This document shows, in pieces, positions 16,852 through 26,719 of a stretch of DNA of 64,000 nt (position 1 is its first letter; each line of letters starts with the position of its first letter). The DNA is taken from NCBI GenBank assembly GCA_944392155.1, contig CALXVR010000006.1, positions 997 to 64,996 on the forward strand. The letters are read 5' to 3'. Below the pieces are notes generated by a model that was not told the origin of the DNA, did no database searches, and saw nothing but the letters and a program-made list of their open reading frames with translations. A program made the translations under genes and the position numbers. The stretch is from an uncultured Alphaproteobacteria bacterium (GTDB lineage Bacteria; Pseudomonadota; Alphaproteobacteria; RF32; CAG-239).

Positions 16852-17562
16852 ATGGCAGAAGATTTTAATAATACAAACAGGCCTGCCGGAGCTGTTATGC
16901 AGGACCCAAATCGACCAAGGTTGAAAAAGGTCAAACGTCCGATTAAGCGCATTGTTAATTCTGGCGGAATGAATTCAGCCGGCTCTGTTGTACCGCCTAA
17001 AGCAGAGCCAAATTTTGCTGCTCAATCGGCAAATATGCCTAAAGATGATTTCAATCTTGATGCTATTTTAGATGACGGAGAAAACCTGCCAACATTAAAC
17101 AACAACCAAGATGTTGCCAGTGATTTTCAGCCGCAGTTTATTGAAGATAGCGATATTATGCCGCCTAAAGTTCCTCTCGCAGAGCAATTTATGGTAGATA
17201 ATTTGTTTACCAAAAAAGCACTTTTATTGGGTGCGTTGTTTGCTTTTATTCTGGGATTTGGTCTTGCTCGCTTGTTCTTCGCACAAGAAACTGTTGTTAG
17301 AGATGGTCTGCAGGGTGTTGTTATTAATCCTGAAGTTCCCAGAGGAAGGGCCCGTTGCGGGGTGGCAGAAAGGACGCAGGGTTGTGTTCTTTATATTATG
17401 AATCCACAACGGCAAGAGCTTACGGCCAGAGACTTTTACGACTTGGCATCACAGCTAACGGGTAGACAAAGATTTGTTATAGAGACCGGAAATATGCGCT
17501 ATTCTAACGTTAAAATACGTCCGGGAGGAATAGCCCAGCTTAATATTCCACCGTTACAATAA
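16852..17562 (+). CDS. hypothetical bitopic membrane protein
   Basis: Disordered N-terminus, one TM (ALLLGALFAFILGFGLARLFF), C-terminal domain with two Cys. Confidence 0.75.
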   Translation: MAEDFNNTNRPAGAVMQDPNRPRLKKVKRPIKRIVNSGGMNSAGSVVPPKAEPNFAAQSANMPKDDFNLDAILDDGENLPTLNNNQDVASDFQPQFIEDSDIMPPKVPLAEQFMVDNLFTKKALLLGALFAFILGFGLARLFFAQETVVRDGLQGVVINPEVPRGRARCGVAERTQGCVLYIMNPQRQELTARDFYDLASQLTGRQRFVIETGNMRYSNVKIRPGGIAQLNIPPLQ

Positions 17563-17564
17563 AC

Positions 17565-17594
17565 AAAAAAAGCCCTCTCTTGAGGGCTTTTTTT
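17565..17594. terminator. bidirectional terminator between convergent operons
   Basis: A7-GCCCTC-TCTT-GAGGGC-T7. Confidence 0.85.
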
Positions 17595-18561
17595 AGGTGA
17601 CTTCAGTAATAGCACGAAGGTTGCCGTCTCGGTTAATCTGGACGACACGTAGTTTATGGTGCATTTCTTCAATTGTTTTGTTACGGTCAATGGTTGGGTA
17701 GGTATGCAAGATACGATCCGTAAAAGCTTTATAGGCGGCTTCTGAGCTCTCGGCGTGGATTGTTGCCAAACAGTTATCATGTCCGGATCCCATTAACTCC
17801 CAAATAGCGCCGGCATTGCTGGTTGATATCTCACCGCCAATAATGGCGTCTGGCGTAAAGCGTACAACCAAGTCAATAATTTTGGCATAATCCATTTCAT
17901 TGGTTTGTTCCGTACGAGACAAAACCAGATGTACACGATTGGGATGAGGAACAAGCAATTCTCTAGTATCCTCAATTGTTACAATACGTTTATTAATATC
18001 CAAAATCTTCAGCAGGTTGTTTAGGAAGGTTGTTTTACCTGTTGATGTGGCACCCGAAACGAGAATGTGATCTCCTCTCTTTATGCTTAAAAGCAATCTT
18101 TCATAGGGGTCTTCCGGGTCCTTTATATCTTTTAGCGGGTTTATCTTATGTAAGCCTTTACCTTGTGACAAACCATAATCAGACAGACCAAAAGCAACAT
18201 CATCACTATGGACACGAATTGTCAGAGCGACACCTCCGGTTAAGTCGTCTTGGTCATACATTACGTTGCGCCCTGCGATAGCTGAGAAACGGTGTTCTCC
18301 AGGGATTGTCGCATACACAACGGGAGAACCTTCAACAGGGTCAAATGGTAATTCGTATGTGTTTGCAACAATGTAAAGCAAATCAACAAGATAGTCTTTG
18401 GTTAATTTTTCATCTTTATACATAACCCAAGGATATGCTCTTTTGCCTCGAAGACGCAACCATATCTGACCGGATCGGTTTACGGCAACCTCTTCTATAT
18501 TTTCCTGATTATACCAATAGGACAAAGGACGTAAAACTGATTCCAAAACTTTAAAACTCAT
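17593..18561 (-). CDS. virB11: VirB11 traffic ATPase
   Basis: N-terminal LRPL...EEVAVNRSGQIW, Walker A GATSTGKTT, RIVTIEDTREL, PDAIIGGE, ATIHA; last gene of the virB operon. Confidence 0.9.
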   Translation of the reverse strand: MSFKVLESVLRPLSYWYNQENIEEVAVNRSGQIWLRLRGKRAYPWVMYKDEKLTKDYLVDLLYIVANTYELPFDPVEGSPVVYATIPGEHRFSAIAGRNVMYDQDDLTGGVALTIRVHSDDVAFGLSDYGLSQGKGLHKINPLKDIKDPEDPYERLLLSIKRGDHILVSGATSTGKTTFLNNLLKILDINKRIVTIEDTRELLVPHPNRVHLVLSRTEQTNEMDYAKIIDLVVRFTPDAIIGGEISTSNAGAIWELMGSGHDNCLATIHAESSEAAYKAFTDRILHTYPTIDRNKTIEEMHHKLRVVQINRDGNLRAITEVT

Positions 18562-18573
18562 CTTTATCTCCTA

Positions 18574-21500
18574 TCAGAATAACTGTGGAACACTATTATC
18601 TGTTTTAGAGCCGGCAGACGAATTTGAAGATGATGCTCCTGCTCCACTACTGAAAGATGGAGGTGGCGGCGGAGTTGCTCCTCCGCTCGGTACTGTCGGC
18701 ATTAGCACAGGAGCTCCCGCAGTTGCATTCGCCGGCTTCTTATTTTTAACTTTGCTATCATCCATCAAGCGAGGTGCCGAGACTGCTTCAGCATCAGTTC
18801 CTTCTGCTTCATAAACAACAGAACCGGCTGTAGCTGCTCTGTCTGCGTCTGTCATACCCATCGCTCTTCTATTCTTGGTATCCGTACGCTCTTGCTCCAG
18901 TTTGTTATCATCAATCAACACATCTCTCTTGGAAAGATTTTTAGCAACCTCGGCTTCGTCTCTTTCCGGTGTTCTGAGCCACAAATCAACGTTTGGATAA
19001 ACAATGATACGAGTACCTGCCGGGACATAAGTCAGCGGTTTAATATTTGATTTATCTGCCAAAATTTGCTCAAAAATGCGGTTCATATCCTGCAAAAAGT
19101 TCTGTCTTGCATCATTTGCAGCTTGTTGGCGCGGAGATTCGGTATCTGAAGATGAATCATCGTCTTTTGGAGCCATTAAATATGAAGTATAACTAGTCAG
19201 CGCCGTCGTCATGATTGGCAAAGTATATTTTTTGAACAGTTGTTGGTCCAAATAACCTAAAGCACCACCACGTCCCTGAGCATCACCTGTAATACCTTGG
19301 AATACAAACAATGCGCCATCCGGGCGAATTAGACGTTCCCAGGTGATTTGAACTTTTGCTGAGGACGATGTTGTTTCCGTACCTGCCGTTAATCCGCCTA
19401 AAGTACCCATTAGACGACTACCCGCAGGAATTACGATATTTCGACCTTCTTCCGCGTAAACATTTCTTTCCACAAAAGCGGTAACCGGTGTCGGATTGTT
19501 GCTGTCAATAGATCTGGCAATAACGGCCGGTATAGGTTTATCAGCAAAAATCATTTCGCTCATGTTAACACGCCATGAGGAAACGGCTTTAGCTATGCCT
19601 TGTTCATCCCAGTTCTTTTGGTAGCCATCAAATGATTCCGGACGAATCCCCGAACTTATTTTACCGACAGCCATCGCTTGTCTCCGCTGATTTTGTGCTG
19701 CGGCTAGTGCTGCTGCACGTTGCGGATCATATCTTTCTCCTGGACCGAATCCGCCACCCGGGCCAAGATTTCCTCCGGCTCCGATACCTGTACCATAAGC
19801 TCCTCCCGGACCAAAGGTTCCTGCAGGAACAAACATTCCCGAACTATCGGGCTTTTGAATTTCTTCTATACCAATGAGAGTTCCGTCGTCATCAATAATT
19901 AAGCCATCAGGCATCTTTTTACCAATAACATTGCCTTTTTTATCTACGACAGAGCCATCTTCCATAATATCGCCCAAATATTCACCATCAGGTGTTAATG
20001 CTATGCCTAATGATTTACGATATTTCTTCATTTCTTCTTCATCGACAACGCCAATCTCCGGAATCGAGCCGATTTGTGAGGGTTTGCTGTACCAATCTGC
20101 TCCGCCACCGTTCACCGTTCCTAAAACTTTGCCGTCCAAGCCGACAAACTCGCCATTTTCATTAATATGACCAATAATATTTCCATTTAAATCAACCACC
20201 GTGCCGTCCGGCAAAATTCGTCCTATGATGTTGCCGTTGGCATCTCTTAAATAGCCGTCATCTCCTACAATATAGCCTGATTTTATTACCTTGCCTTTGA
20301 CTTTTCCATCTAAACCAACAAACTCGCCATTTTCATTAATATGACCAATAATATTTCCATTTAAATCAACCACCGTGCCGTCCGGCAAAATTCGTCCTAT
20401 GATGTTGCCGTTGGCATCTCTTAAATAGCCGTCATCTCCAATAAAGTATTTACCGGCTCCGGCTGCTTGTTCTGCGGCTAATTTTTCTGCTTCGGCTTTT
20501 TCGGCGGCCAAGCGCGCGGCTTCAGCTTCAGTCAGTTCTTTAAGCAAGCTGTAGTATTGCAAGGGTTTGGCTATCGCCAACAGATTGCCGTTTTCATCCA
20601 TTATTCTGCCATTTTCTTTTAGCGTGCCTATGACATGATTTGAAGAATCGACAACACTTCCCTTCAGTTCCAGCTCGCCCAGCACCAGATTATTTTGATT
20701 TCGAATGTAAAAATCTCTATTACCCCTACCAATAATCTTGTTATCATTACTAATAACAAAGCCTTTGTCTATTCTACCAATTTTTCGGCCGGTTAGAGAT
20801 AACACGTTTCCGTCTCTGGTTATTTGACCAATTACGGTATTATCATTGTCATATACATACATATCATATAGGGCATAACCGATGAGTTTGTTATCTTTCA
20901 AGACACCGCCGCCGAAATCTACTTTTCCTACCTCTTCGCCTTTTTCATTCAAAACTTTTGCATCAAGGCTGACATGCCCAAGATAATTATTATCATTGTC
21001 AAAAGCAAAACGATACTTAAACAGCTGTCCGATAGGAACACCCGTTTTGGAATTAACATTATCATTGGGTTGCATATAACCGATAAATTCATTGGCTTCG
21101 TTTACGACACTACCATCCAAAACCGTTCTGCCGATAAGAACTCCGTTTACATTCATAACAGGATAGAATTCCGTCCTTGCGGCAACAATTTCGCCATCTG
21201 CATTGCGGAGCTTTCCTCTTTTATCCATACAGCCCAACAATTCTCCGGCATAAGTTGTCACTTGTCCTGACGAAGATATAGTTCCTTGCATATTGCCGTT
21301 AAAATCAATAACACTTCCGGGGATAATTTGATATCCAATAACAGCGCCCGTCTCAGAAATAGCCTGACCATTCCATAAAATTCTGCCGACAAAAGTTTCC
21401 CGATAATTTCGGATATCGCCCTGAGGCGTTACAACACCAATAACTTCGCATTCATTATTAACCACCGCATTATATCCAATAGTTTGACCAATCGGCAGTC

Positions 21501-23283
21501 CGGCATTATCTAAGACCAAACCTCCGTTAGTCAACTTTCCGGCAATACGGTTTTCTAAGTCTCTTACTATTGCATCAATTCCGACATAGCCAAGTAAATT
21601 TCCCGTGATATTCAAAACAAGATTTTGAGCTGATGCCGTACCCAGCAACGGGGTAAAATTAAGTGACGAATTGTCTTTTGCTTTTATGACGGAACTATCC
21701 GGCAAAATTTTTGCCATCGGTTTCATTGATTTGTCCAAGACCATATTGTTCTCGGATAAAATTCCTACGGATGCACCAGCTCCATCATTTGTGTAATAAG
21801 CATCGATGTTTTTACCCAATACACGATTTCTTTCATCAATATTTAGACCGGCTTCCGTTAATTTTCCCAGAGCAACGACACCCTTATTATACATTGTTCC
21901 ATCCGGCATCATATAAGCGATTATGGCGCCGGTCAGATTATAAATGGGAGCTAAAGATATCGTGGTTCCGCTTAAAACGCCCTCAGAAGAAAATAAAAAT
22001 CCGAAAGGCGAGATAAATTTGCGCTCGCTGCCGTCCAGAACCGAAGCATTGATACCGCTCATGCCAAGCTGTGTTCCGCTGCTTCCGATGGCGAGCTCAT
22101 CTACTAAGGTCGCGCCCATAATACGACCATTGTTGTCATAAGCCAAATTTCCGCGTATATTTCCAATCGGTGAGCCTTCGAGAGAAATAACACCTCCACT
22201 TTTAAGTGCGTGCGCCTTCAATGAGCCTCGATAATTAAACACCGGACCTGATTGTGTCAGACGTCCGATAACCTTGCCGTTTTTATCGGTCACAATACCT
22301 CTCGGTCCGATTGTTCCGACAGCCTCTCGAGCTTGAGCCAAAACACCTTTAGGCATAATCCGGCCTAAGTAACGACCTTCTAAGTCCGTGGCTGTGGCCG
22401 CCAAATCGACAGCGAATCCTACAACCTCACCTTTTGAGTTAATGATATTACCGTCTGAGCGAATTTTTCCCATAACGCCATCTTTATTAACCACTTCTCC
22501 GTTATAGGTTACAAATCCCGCATATTCTCCATTATTGTTAAAAGCAAAGCCTGAACGCACAATTTGTCCGATGATGCGATTATTTTCGTTGTAGACATAT
22601 CCGTTTGCTTTTACAAAGCCTATGTTTTTGGCTTCAAAGTCAGTTACATTTCCTCCGGGAGCCACACTACCAATAAACTCTCCGTCCAAAGATATAACCA
22701 TTTTAGATGAAATCAAACGACCATCTAACAAGAAGTCATTACCAATCTTACGATAAGCGTAACCATCTGCCGAAACGAATCCGATTTGTTGTCCCTGCAG
22801 ATTTGTATACAAGCCATCACCCGTCAGGCGACCAACCGTTTTTCCTTCATCAGAATAGATCAATCCGGGGAACAAAACCGCACCCAAGATATTGAAATAA
22901 TCATCAACCACTAAGCCGTTAGGCAAAACTTTACCAACAATTTTTCCGGAGGGCAAACGAACAGAGCCGTCATTTGATACCTTACCTAACGGTTTATTAT
23001 CATTTCCGATAGCTATACCTTGAGGGACGACACCACCAATGAGTTCTCCGTCAAAATTTAATATCAAGCTGTCCGCTGTTACGTTTCCTATCAGCTGATT
23101 ATCCAGACTTACGACCTTACCATCAGGAATTACCTTACCTATCAAATCGCCGTTAAAATCAATAGCCGTAATTTCTATAGCTTGAGCCTGACCGGCAAAA
23201 AGCAACACAAAAGACACGACTATTGCCTGCGCAAAAAATTTTAAATTATGCACTGTTTTTAACAAGCTGCCGTTCAAAATCAC
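18574..23283 (-). CDS. virB10: giant VirB10/TrbI with over 1100 aa of Gly-rich beta-hairpin repeats
   Basis: C-terminal TrbI motifs IPAVIARSIDS, VERNVY...IVIPAGSRLMG, WERLIRPDG, DAQGRGG, NIKPLTYVPAGTRI. N-terminal GxxIGxVxxDGxVxD repeats. Lies upstream of virB11. Confidence 0.85.
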   Translation of the reverse strand: MILNGSLLKTVHNLKFFAQAIVVSFVLLFAGQAQAIEITAIDFNGDLIGKVIPDGKVVSLDNQLIGNVTADSLILNFDGELIGGVVPQGIAIGNDNKPLGKVSNDGSVRLPSGKIVGKVLPNGLVVDDYFNILGAVLFPGLIYSDEGKTVGRLTGDGLYTNLQGQQIGFVSADGYAYRKIGNDFLLDGRLISSKMVISLDGEFIGSVAPGGNVTDFEAKNIGFVKANGYVYNENNRIIGQIVRSGFAFNNNGEYAGFVTYNGEVVNKDGVMGKIRSDGNIINSKGEVVGFAVDLAATATDLEGRYLGRIMPKGVLAQAREAVGTIGPRGIVTDKNGKVIGRLTQSGPVFNYRGSLKAHALKSGGVISLEGSPIGNIRGNLAYDNNGRIMGATLVDELAIGSSGTQLGMSGINASVLDGSERKFISPFGFLFSSEGVLSGTTISLAPIYNLTGAIIAYMMPDGTMYNKGVVALGKLTEAGLNIDERNRVLGKNIDAYYTNDGAGASVGILSENNMVLDKSMKPMAKILPDSSVIKAKDNSSLNFTPLLGTASAQNLVLNITGNLLGYVGIDAIVRDLENRIAGKLTNGGLVLDNAGLPIGQTIGYNAVVNNECEVIGVVTPQGDIRNYRETFVGRILWNGQAISETGAVIGYQIIPGSVIDFNGNMQGTISSSGQVTTYAGELLGCMDKRGKLRNADGEIVAARTEFYPVMNVNGVLIGRTVLDGSVVNEANEFIGYMQPNDNVNSKTGVPIGQLFKYRFAFDNDNNYLGHVSLDAKVLNEKGEEVGKVDFGGGVLKDNKLIGYALYDMYVYDNDNTVIGQITRDGNVLSLTGRKIGRIDKGFVISNDNKIIGRGNRDFYIRNQNNLVLGELELKGSVVDSSNHVIGTLKENGRIMDENGNLLAIAKPLQYYSLLKELTEAEAARLAAEKAEAEKLAAEQAAGAGKYFIGDDGYLRDANGNIIGRILPDGTVVDLNGNIIGHINENGEFVGLDGKVKGKVIKSGYIVGDDGYLRDANGNIIGRILPDGTVVDLNGNIIGHINENGEFVGLDGKVLGTVNGGGADWYSKPSQIGSIPEIGVVDEEEMKKYRKSLGIALTPDGEYLGDIMEDGSVVDKKGNVIGKKMPDGLIIDDDGTLIGIEEIQKPDSSGMFVPAGTFGPGGAYGTGIGAGGNLGPGGGFGPGERYDPQRAAALAAAQNQRRQAMAVGKISSGIRPESFDGYQKNWDEQGIAKAVSSWRVNMSEMIFADKPIPAVIARSIDSNNPTPVTAFVERNVYAEEGRNIVIPAGSRLMGTLGGLTAGTETTSSSAKVQITWERLIRPDGALFVFQGITGDAQGRGGALGYLDQQLFKKYTLPIMTTALTSYTSYLMAPKDDDSSSDTESPRQQAANDARQNFLQDMNRIFEQILADKSNIKPLTYVPAGTRIIVYPNVDLWLRTPERDEAEVAKNLSKRDVLIDDNKLEQERTDTKNRRAMGMTDADRAATAGSVVYEAEGTDAEAVSAPRLMDDSKVKNKKPANATAGAPVLMPTVPSGGATPPPPPSFSSGAGASSSNSSAGSKTDNSVPQLF
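20144..20439 (-). repeat. recent 174-nt (58-aa) tandem duplication inside virB10
   Basis: 20144-20265 and 20318-20439 are identical over 122 nt. Confidence 0.9.
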
Positions 23284-23284
23284 C

Positions 23285-26200
23285 CTAATTCCTCCGGTTT
23301 TTGGCTACTTCCTGCAAAGCATAGCCCGAAACTTTTTTATCCAAATCAATAAATGACCCATTATTCTTAAGATAGCCGATATTTTTGCCGTCAATACTTA
23401 TAACACTGCCGTCAGCGGCTAATCTTCCTATATATTTACCATCATTTCCTAAGATTGTCGCCCCGATTTTGTAAATTCTGCCCAGAATATTATCATTAGA
23501 ATCGATTGCGAGACCTCCCGACAAGCTTTTTCCTATTGTCGTATTGTCTCTGCTTATGACATTTCCTGCCAAATCTACATAGCCAACAACTTTGTCTGAG
23601 TTGCTGATGACAATATCTCCTCCGGCTATTTCGCCGACCAGATTTCCGGCTTGATTAATCACGCTTCCGTCAGACAAAACTCTTCCAAAAACGACATTAT
23701 TGACATCCATAACGGTTCCGTCAGGCATAACGGCGCCGATAACGTTTCCTCCGAAATCAATTACGGCTCCGTGCTTTAGCAAGCTTAAATTTTTGTCTGT
23801 GGAACCTCCGGGCAATATTGCGGTAATATTCTCGTTTTTATTATCCAAAACATCGCCCAGCGAATTGACACGTCCTTTATAATTTCCCCAGATATCTGTT
23901 ACGATATCCTCGGGAATTACTTCTCCGATAACTTCTCCGTCTTTATTCAATATCTTTCCGTCTGAGCTGGTTATACCTTCTCTTTTGCCGTCCAGATTAA
24001 CGACAGTTCCGTCAGATGTTGCATAGCCCAGATAAGCTCCGTCATAGCCGATCGCAGCACCATGAGGTAAAACCGCACCTCGATACTCATTGTTATTGTC
24101 TATAAATAAACCTTTGGCATCTATGCGCCCTTGAAGCTCACCAAAACGGTTAAGGACACGTCCGTCATAGTTAACTTTGCCAATTTTTTTGCCGTAAAAA
24201 TCTACGACTTCGCCATGCGGGAGCAATTTACCCAACAATCGGTTAAAAAATCCGGTTCCGTTGCCGTGAATTTTTCCTAAAGAAACACCTTTGTCATTAT
24301 AAACATTGCCGTCAGGAAACAGTCTTCCCATGAATTTTCCGGATGCGTCAACCAGAATTTCTTTTTCTTTAAGAGCGACACCTATGATTTGGTTAGAATC
24401 GTTTGCCACCAAATTATTGGCAAAGAGCTTGGCTTCTCCGCCTCCGGCGACCGAGACTTTGCCGTTTTCGCCAACGACGTTAACAAAGTTTCCGGATAAA
24501 TCATACACGTAGCGATTTTCCAAAACTCGTCCCATATAGCCGCCATCTTTGTTAAAGACATCGCCATATGTACCCACACAGCCGACAGGTAAAAGAGCTG
24601 CCGATTGGACAATTCCGTTCGGACTTACTTTTCCTAAATATTCTCCGTCATATGTTACGGCGATACCTGAGCGCGAAACACCTCCGATGATTTCGCCGCT
24701 TTCATTCAGCACGGTTCCGTCAGGATTAACACAGCCCACATAATTGTTGGCTCCGTCTCTGACTATTCCGTCCGTGCCAACCTCTCCTATTTGTGTACAA
24801 GTGTTGTCAAAAGCTCTACCCGGCTGGACGACCTCTCCGACATATGAACCATTTTCATCAATGACAATACCGTCAGGCATAATCTTGTACGGAAGTTCTT
24901 TATTGCCTTTTGTTATTTTTCCCGTTTTATCCAGATAGCCTATGTTCCGACAACCATAGCCTACAACCAAACCGCCTCGAACCAATTTGGCTATGACCTG
25001 ATTGCCTGAAGTATCTTTGACCAAGCCGTTGGACAATATACGACCAATGACTTGTTTGCTTTCATTTTCCACGGTTCCGTTGTTGTTTATGACGCCTAAA
25101 ACGGTACCTTGCGGTGTTATCGGGATGAGCTCCACTCTGACCAATGAACCTATTTTTTTCTTTACATTGCTTATGATATTGCCGTTTTCGTCAACATAAC
25201 CAATGACATTGCCGTATTTATCATAAACCTTGCCATCTGCACCAACATAGCCAATGACATTGCCATCTTTATCCAAAGCTAATTCTACATATTCTCCTGC
25301 TTTGCCGATAACATTGCCATTCAGGTCAACCAGAGTGCCATCCTCAAGCATTTTTCCGATAATATTGCCGTTAAAATCTACAACATTACCATTTTCATCG
25401 ATATAACCTATGACATTTCCATCTTTATCATAAGCCAGACGACGTTTCGGACCTTTTTTTCCGATAATCTCATCAGTGACAACATTACCATTTTCATCGA
25501 CATAGCCAACGACATTACCGTTGGCATCCACTACGGCACCGTTAGGCATAACCACGCCCAAAACATTTCCGTCTTCATCTATGGCCGTACGCCCCGGCTT
25601 TGTTACATAGCCAATGACATTACCATTGGCATCTACGACTTCTCCTTTTTCGTTCAATCGACCGATAACATTACCATTCATATCAACAACGGTACCATCA
25701 GGTAATACACGTCCTATGATATTTCCATCTTTATCGTAAACATATCCGGCATCGACAGCTTTTCCTATCGGATTACCGTTTAAGTCAACAACCGTTCCAT
25801 CCGGTAGCATCCGCCCGATAATGTTACCATCTTTGTCGACTACCGTTCCATCCGGATTTACGTAACCTATTACATTACCAAATTCATCATAAACAAGCTT
25901 ACGATTGTCGCCAACACCTATAACATTACCGTTGTCATCAACAACCAATCCGTTGGAATTCATGCGACCGATAATATTTCCGTTTGCGTCTCGAACGTAG
26001 CCGTCTTCGTCTATTGTACCAATAACCTCGCCGTTAGGTCCCACGGCATTTCGAACTTGTTTTGCAGCTATTTCGGCTTTGGCTTGATCTGTTACACCGC
26101 CTGCCGGTAAAACATTTTCGCAAAAATTACAATCTTCTTTTCTGATTGCGGTTCCTTCTACCGGAACTTTTGCCGCTTTTGCATTTCCTTTGGTTAAATT

Positions 26201-26719
26201 TGCTTCATGCCATGAGATAATAAAATTATTCTGAACATTACCATGAATTACAGGAATCCAGTTCATTGTAATATTGCAAGTTTGATCGCCGCGAAGCTCC
26301 TCATCCGTACAATAGTCTTCATACGCAAATCCATCAAACGGCGGTTCTGCCAATTCAACTTTATCAATCTTAATTGCCGTTTTTCCGTTTGTTCCTATTG
26401 TCAGTACGTTTTTTGCCTCTGTTCCCAGCACGACTTGTCCCATTGAGATAGGGTCCGGCGTCATGGTTATCGGCACTTCACCGTCATCAACCAAACCAAA
26501 TTCAAGGTTATCGGTTAAAGGATTGGTGTTGGTTATATTTAAGGCATCATCGTTGTCTGTAAAAACCGGCTCTTCATAATCATCAACATTTTTATTGCTT
26601 TTAATTAATAAAACCACGCCAAAGACAAATATAATAAACGAAGTAATACCAACCGCAAGAATTATGCGGTTGGTTTTTTTTACATAACTTTCCGAATGTG
26701 TCAGTATTTCTTTGCTCAT
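23285..26719 (-). CDS. membrane-anchored repeat protein: N-terminal TM, Ig-like (ASH-like) domain, about 900 aa of Gly-rich beta-hairpin repeats
   Basis: TM IILAVGITSFIIFVFGVVLLI; Ig-like segment ISMGQVVLG...LTIGTNG...CNITMNWIP; DGTVVDxNGNxIG repeats. Between virB9 and virB10. Confidence 0.8.
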   Translation of the reverse strand: MSKEILTHSESYVKKTNRIILAVGITSFIIFVFGVVLLIKSNKNVDDYEEPVFTDNDDALNITNTNPLTDNLEFGLVDDGEVPITMTPDPISMGQVVLGTEAKNVLTIGTNGKTAIKIDKVELAEPPFDGFAYEDYCTDEELRGDQTCNITMNWIPVIHGNVQNNFIISWHEANLTKGNAKAAKVPVEGTAIRKEDCNFCENVLPAGGVTDQAKAEIAAKQVRNAVGPNGEVIGTIDEDGYVRDANGNIIGRMNSNGLVVDDNGNVIGVGDNRKLVYDEFGNVIGYVNPDGTVVDKDGNIIGRMLPDGTVVDLNGNPIGKAVDAGYVYDKDGNIIGRVLPDGTVVDMNGNVIGRLNEKGEVVDANGNVIGYVTKPGRTAIDEDGNVLGVVMPNGAVVDANGNVVGYVDENGNVVTDEIIGKKGPKRRLAYDKDGNVIGYIDENGNVVDFNGNIIGKMLEDGTLVDLNGNVIGKAGEYVELALDKDGNVIGYVGADGKVYDKYGNVIGYVDENGNIISNVKKKIGSLVRVELIPITPQGTVLGVINNNGTVENESKQVIGRILSNGLVKDTSGNQVIAKLVRGGLVVGYGCRNIGYLDKTGKITKGNKELPYKIMPDGIVIDENGSYVGEVVQPGRAFDNTCTQIGEVGTDGIVRDGANNYVGCVNPDGTVLNESGEIIGGVSRSGIAVTYDGEYLGKVSPNGIVQSAALLPVGCVGTYGDVFNKDGGYMGRVLENRYVYDLSGNFVNVVGENGKVSVAGGGEAKLFANNLVANDSNQIIGVALKEKEILVDASGKFMGRLFPDGNVYNDKGVSLGKIHGNGTGFFNRLLGKLLPHGEVVDFYGKKIGKVNYDGRVLNRFGELQGRIDAKGLFIDNNNEYRGAVLPHGAAIGYDGAYLGYATSDGTVVNLDGKREGITSSDGKILNKDGEVIGEVIPEDIVTDIWGNYKGRVNSLGDVLDNKNENITAILPGGSTDKNLSLLKHGAVIDFGGNVIGAVMPDGTVMDVNNVVFGRVLSDGSVINQAGNLVGEIAGGDIVISNSDKVVGYVDLAGNVISRDNTTIGKSLSGGLAIDSNDNILGRIYKIGATILGNDGKYIGRLAADGSVISIDGKNIGYLKNNGSFIDLDKKVSGYALQEVAKNRRN

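Noticed and set aside
17593..18561. TadA/CpaF (Tad pilus) ATPase call
   Set aside because: Its size, N-terminal motif and position after virB9-virB10 indicate VirB11; no tadB/C or flp genes
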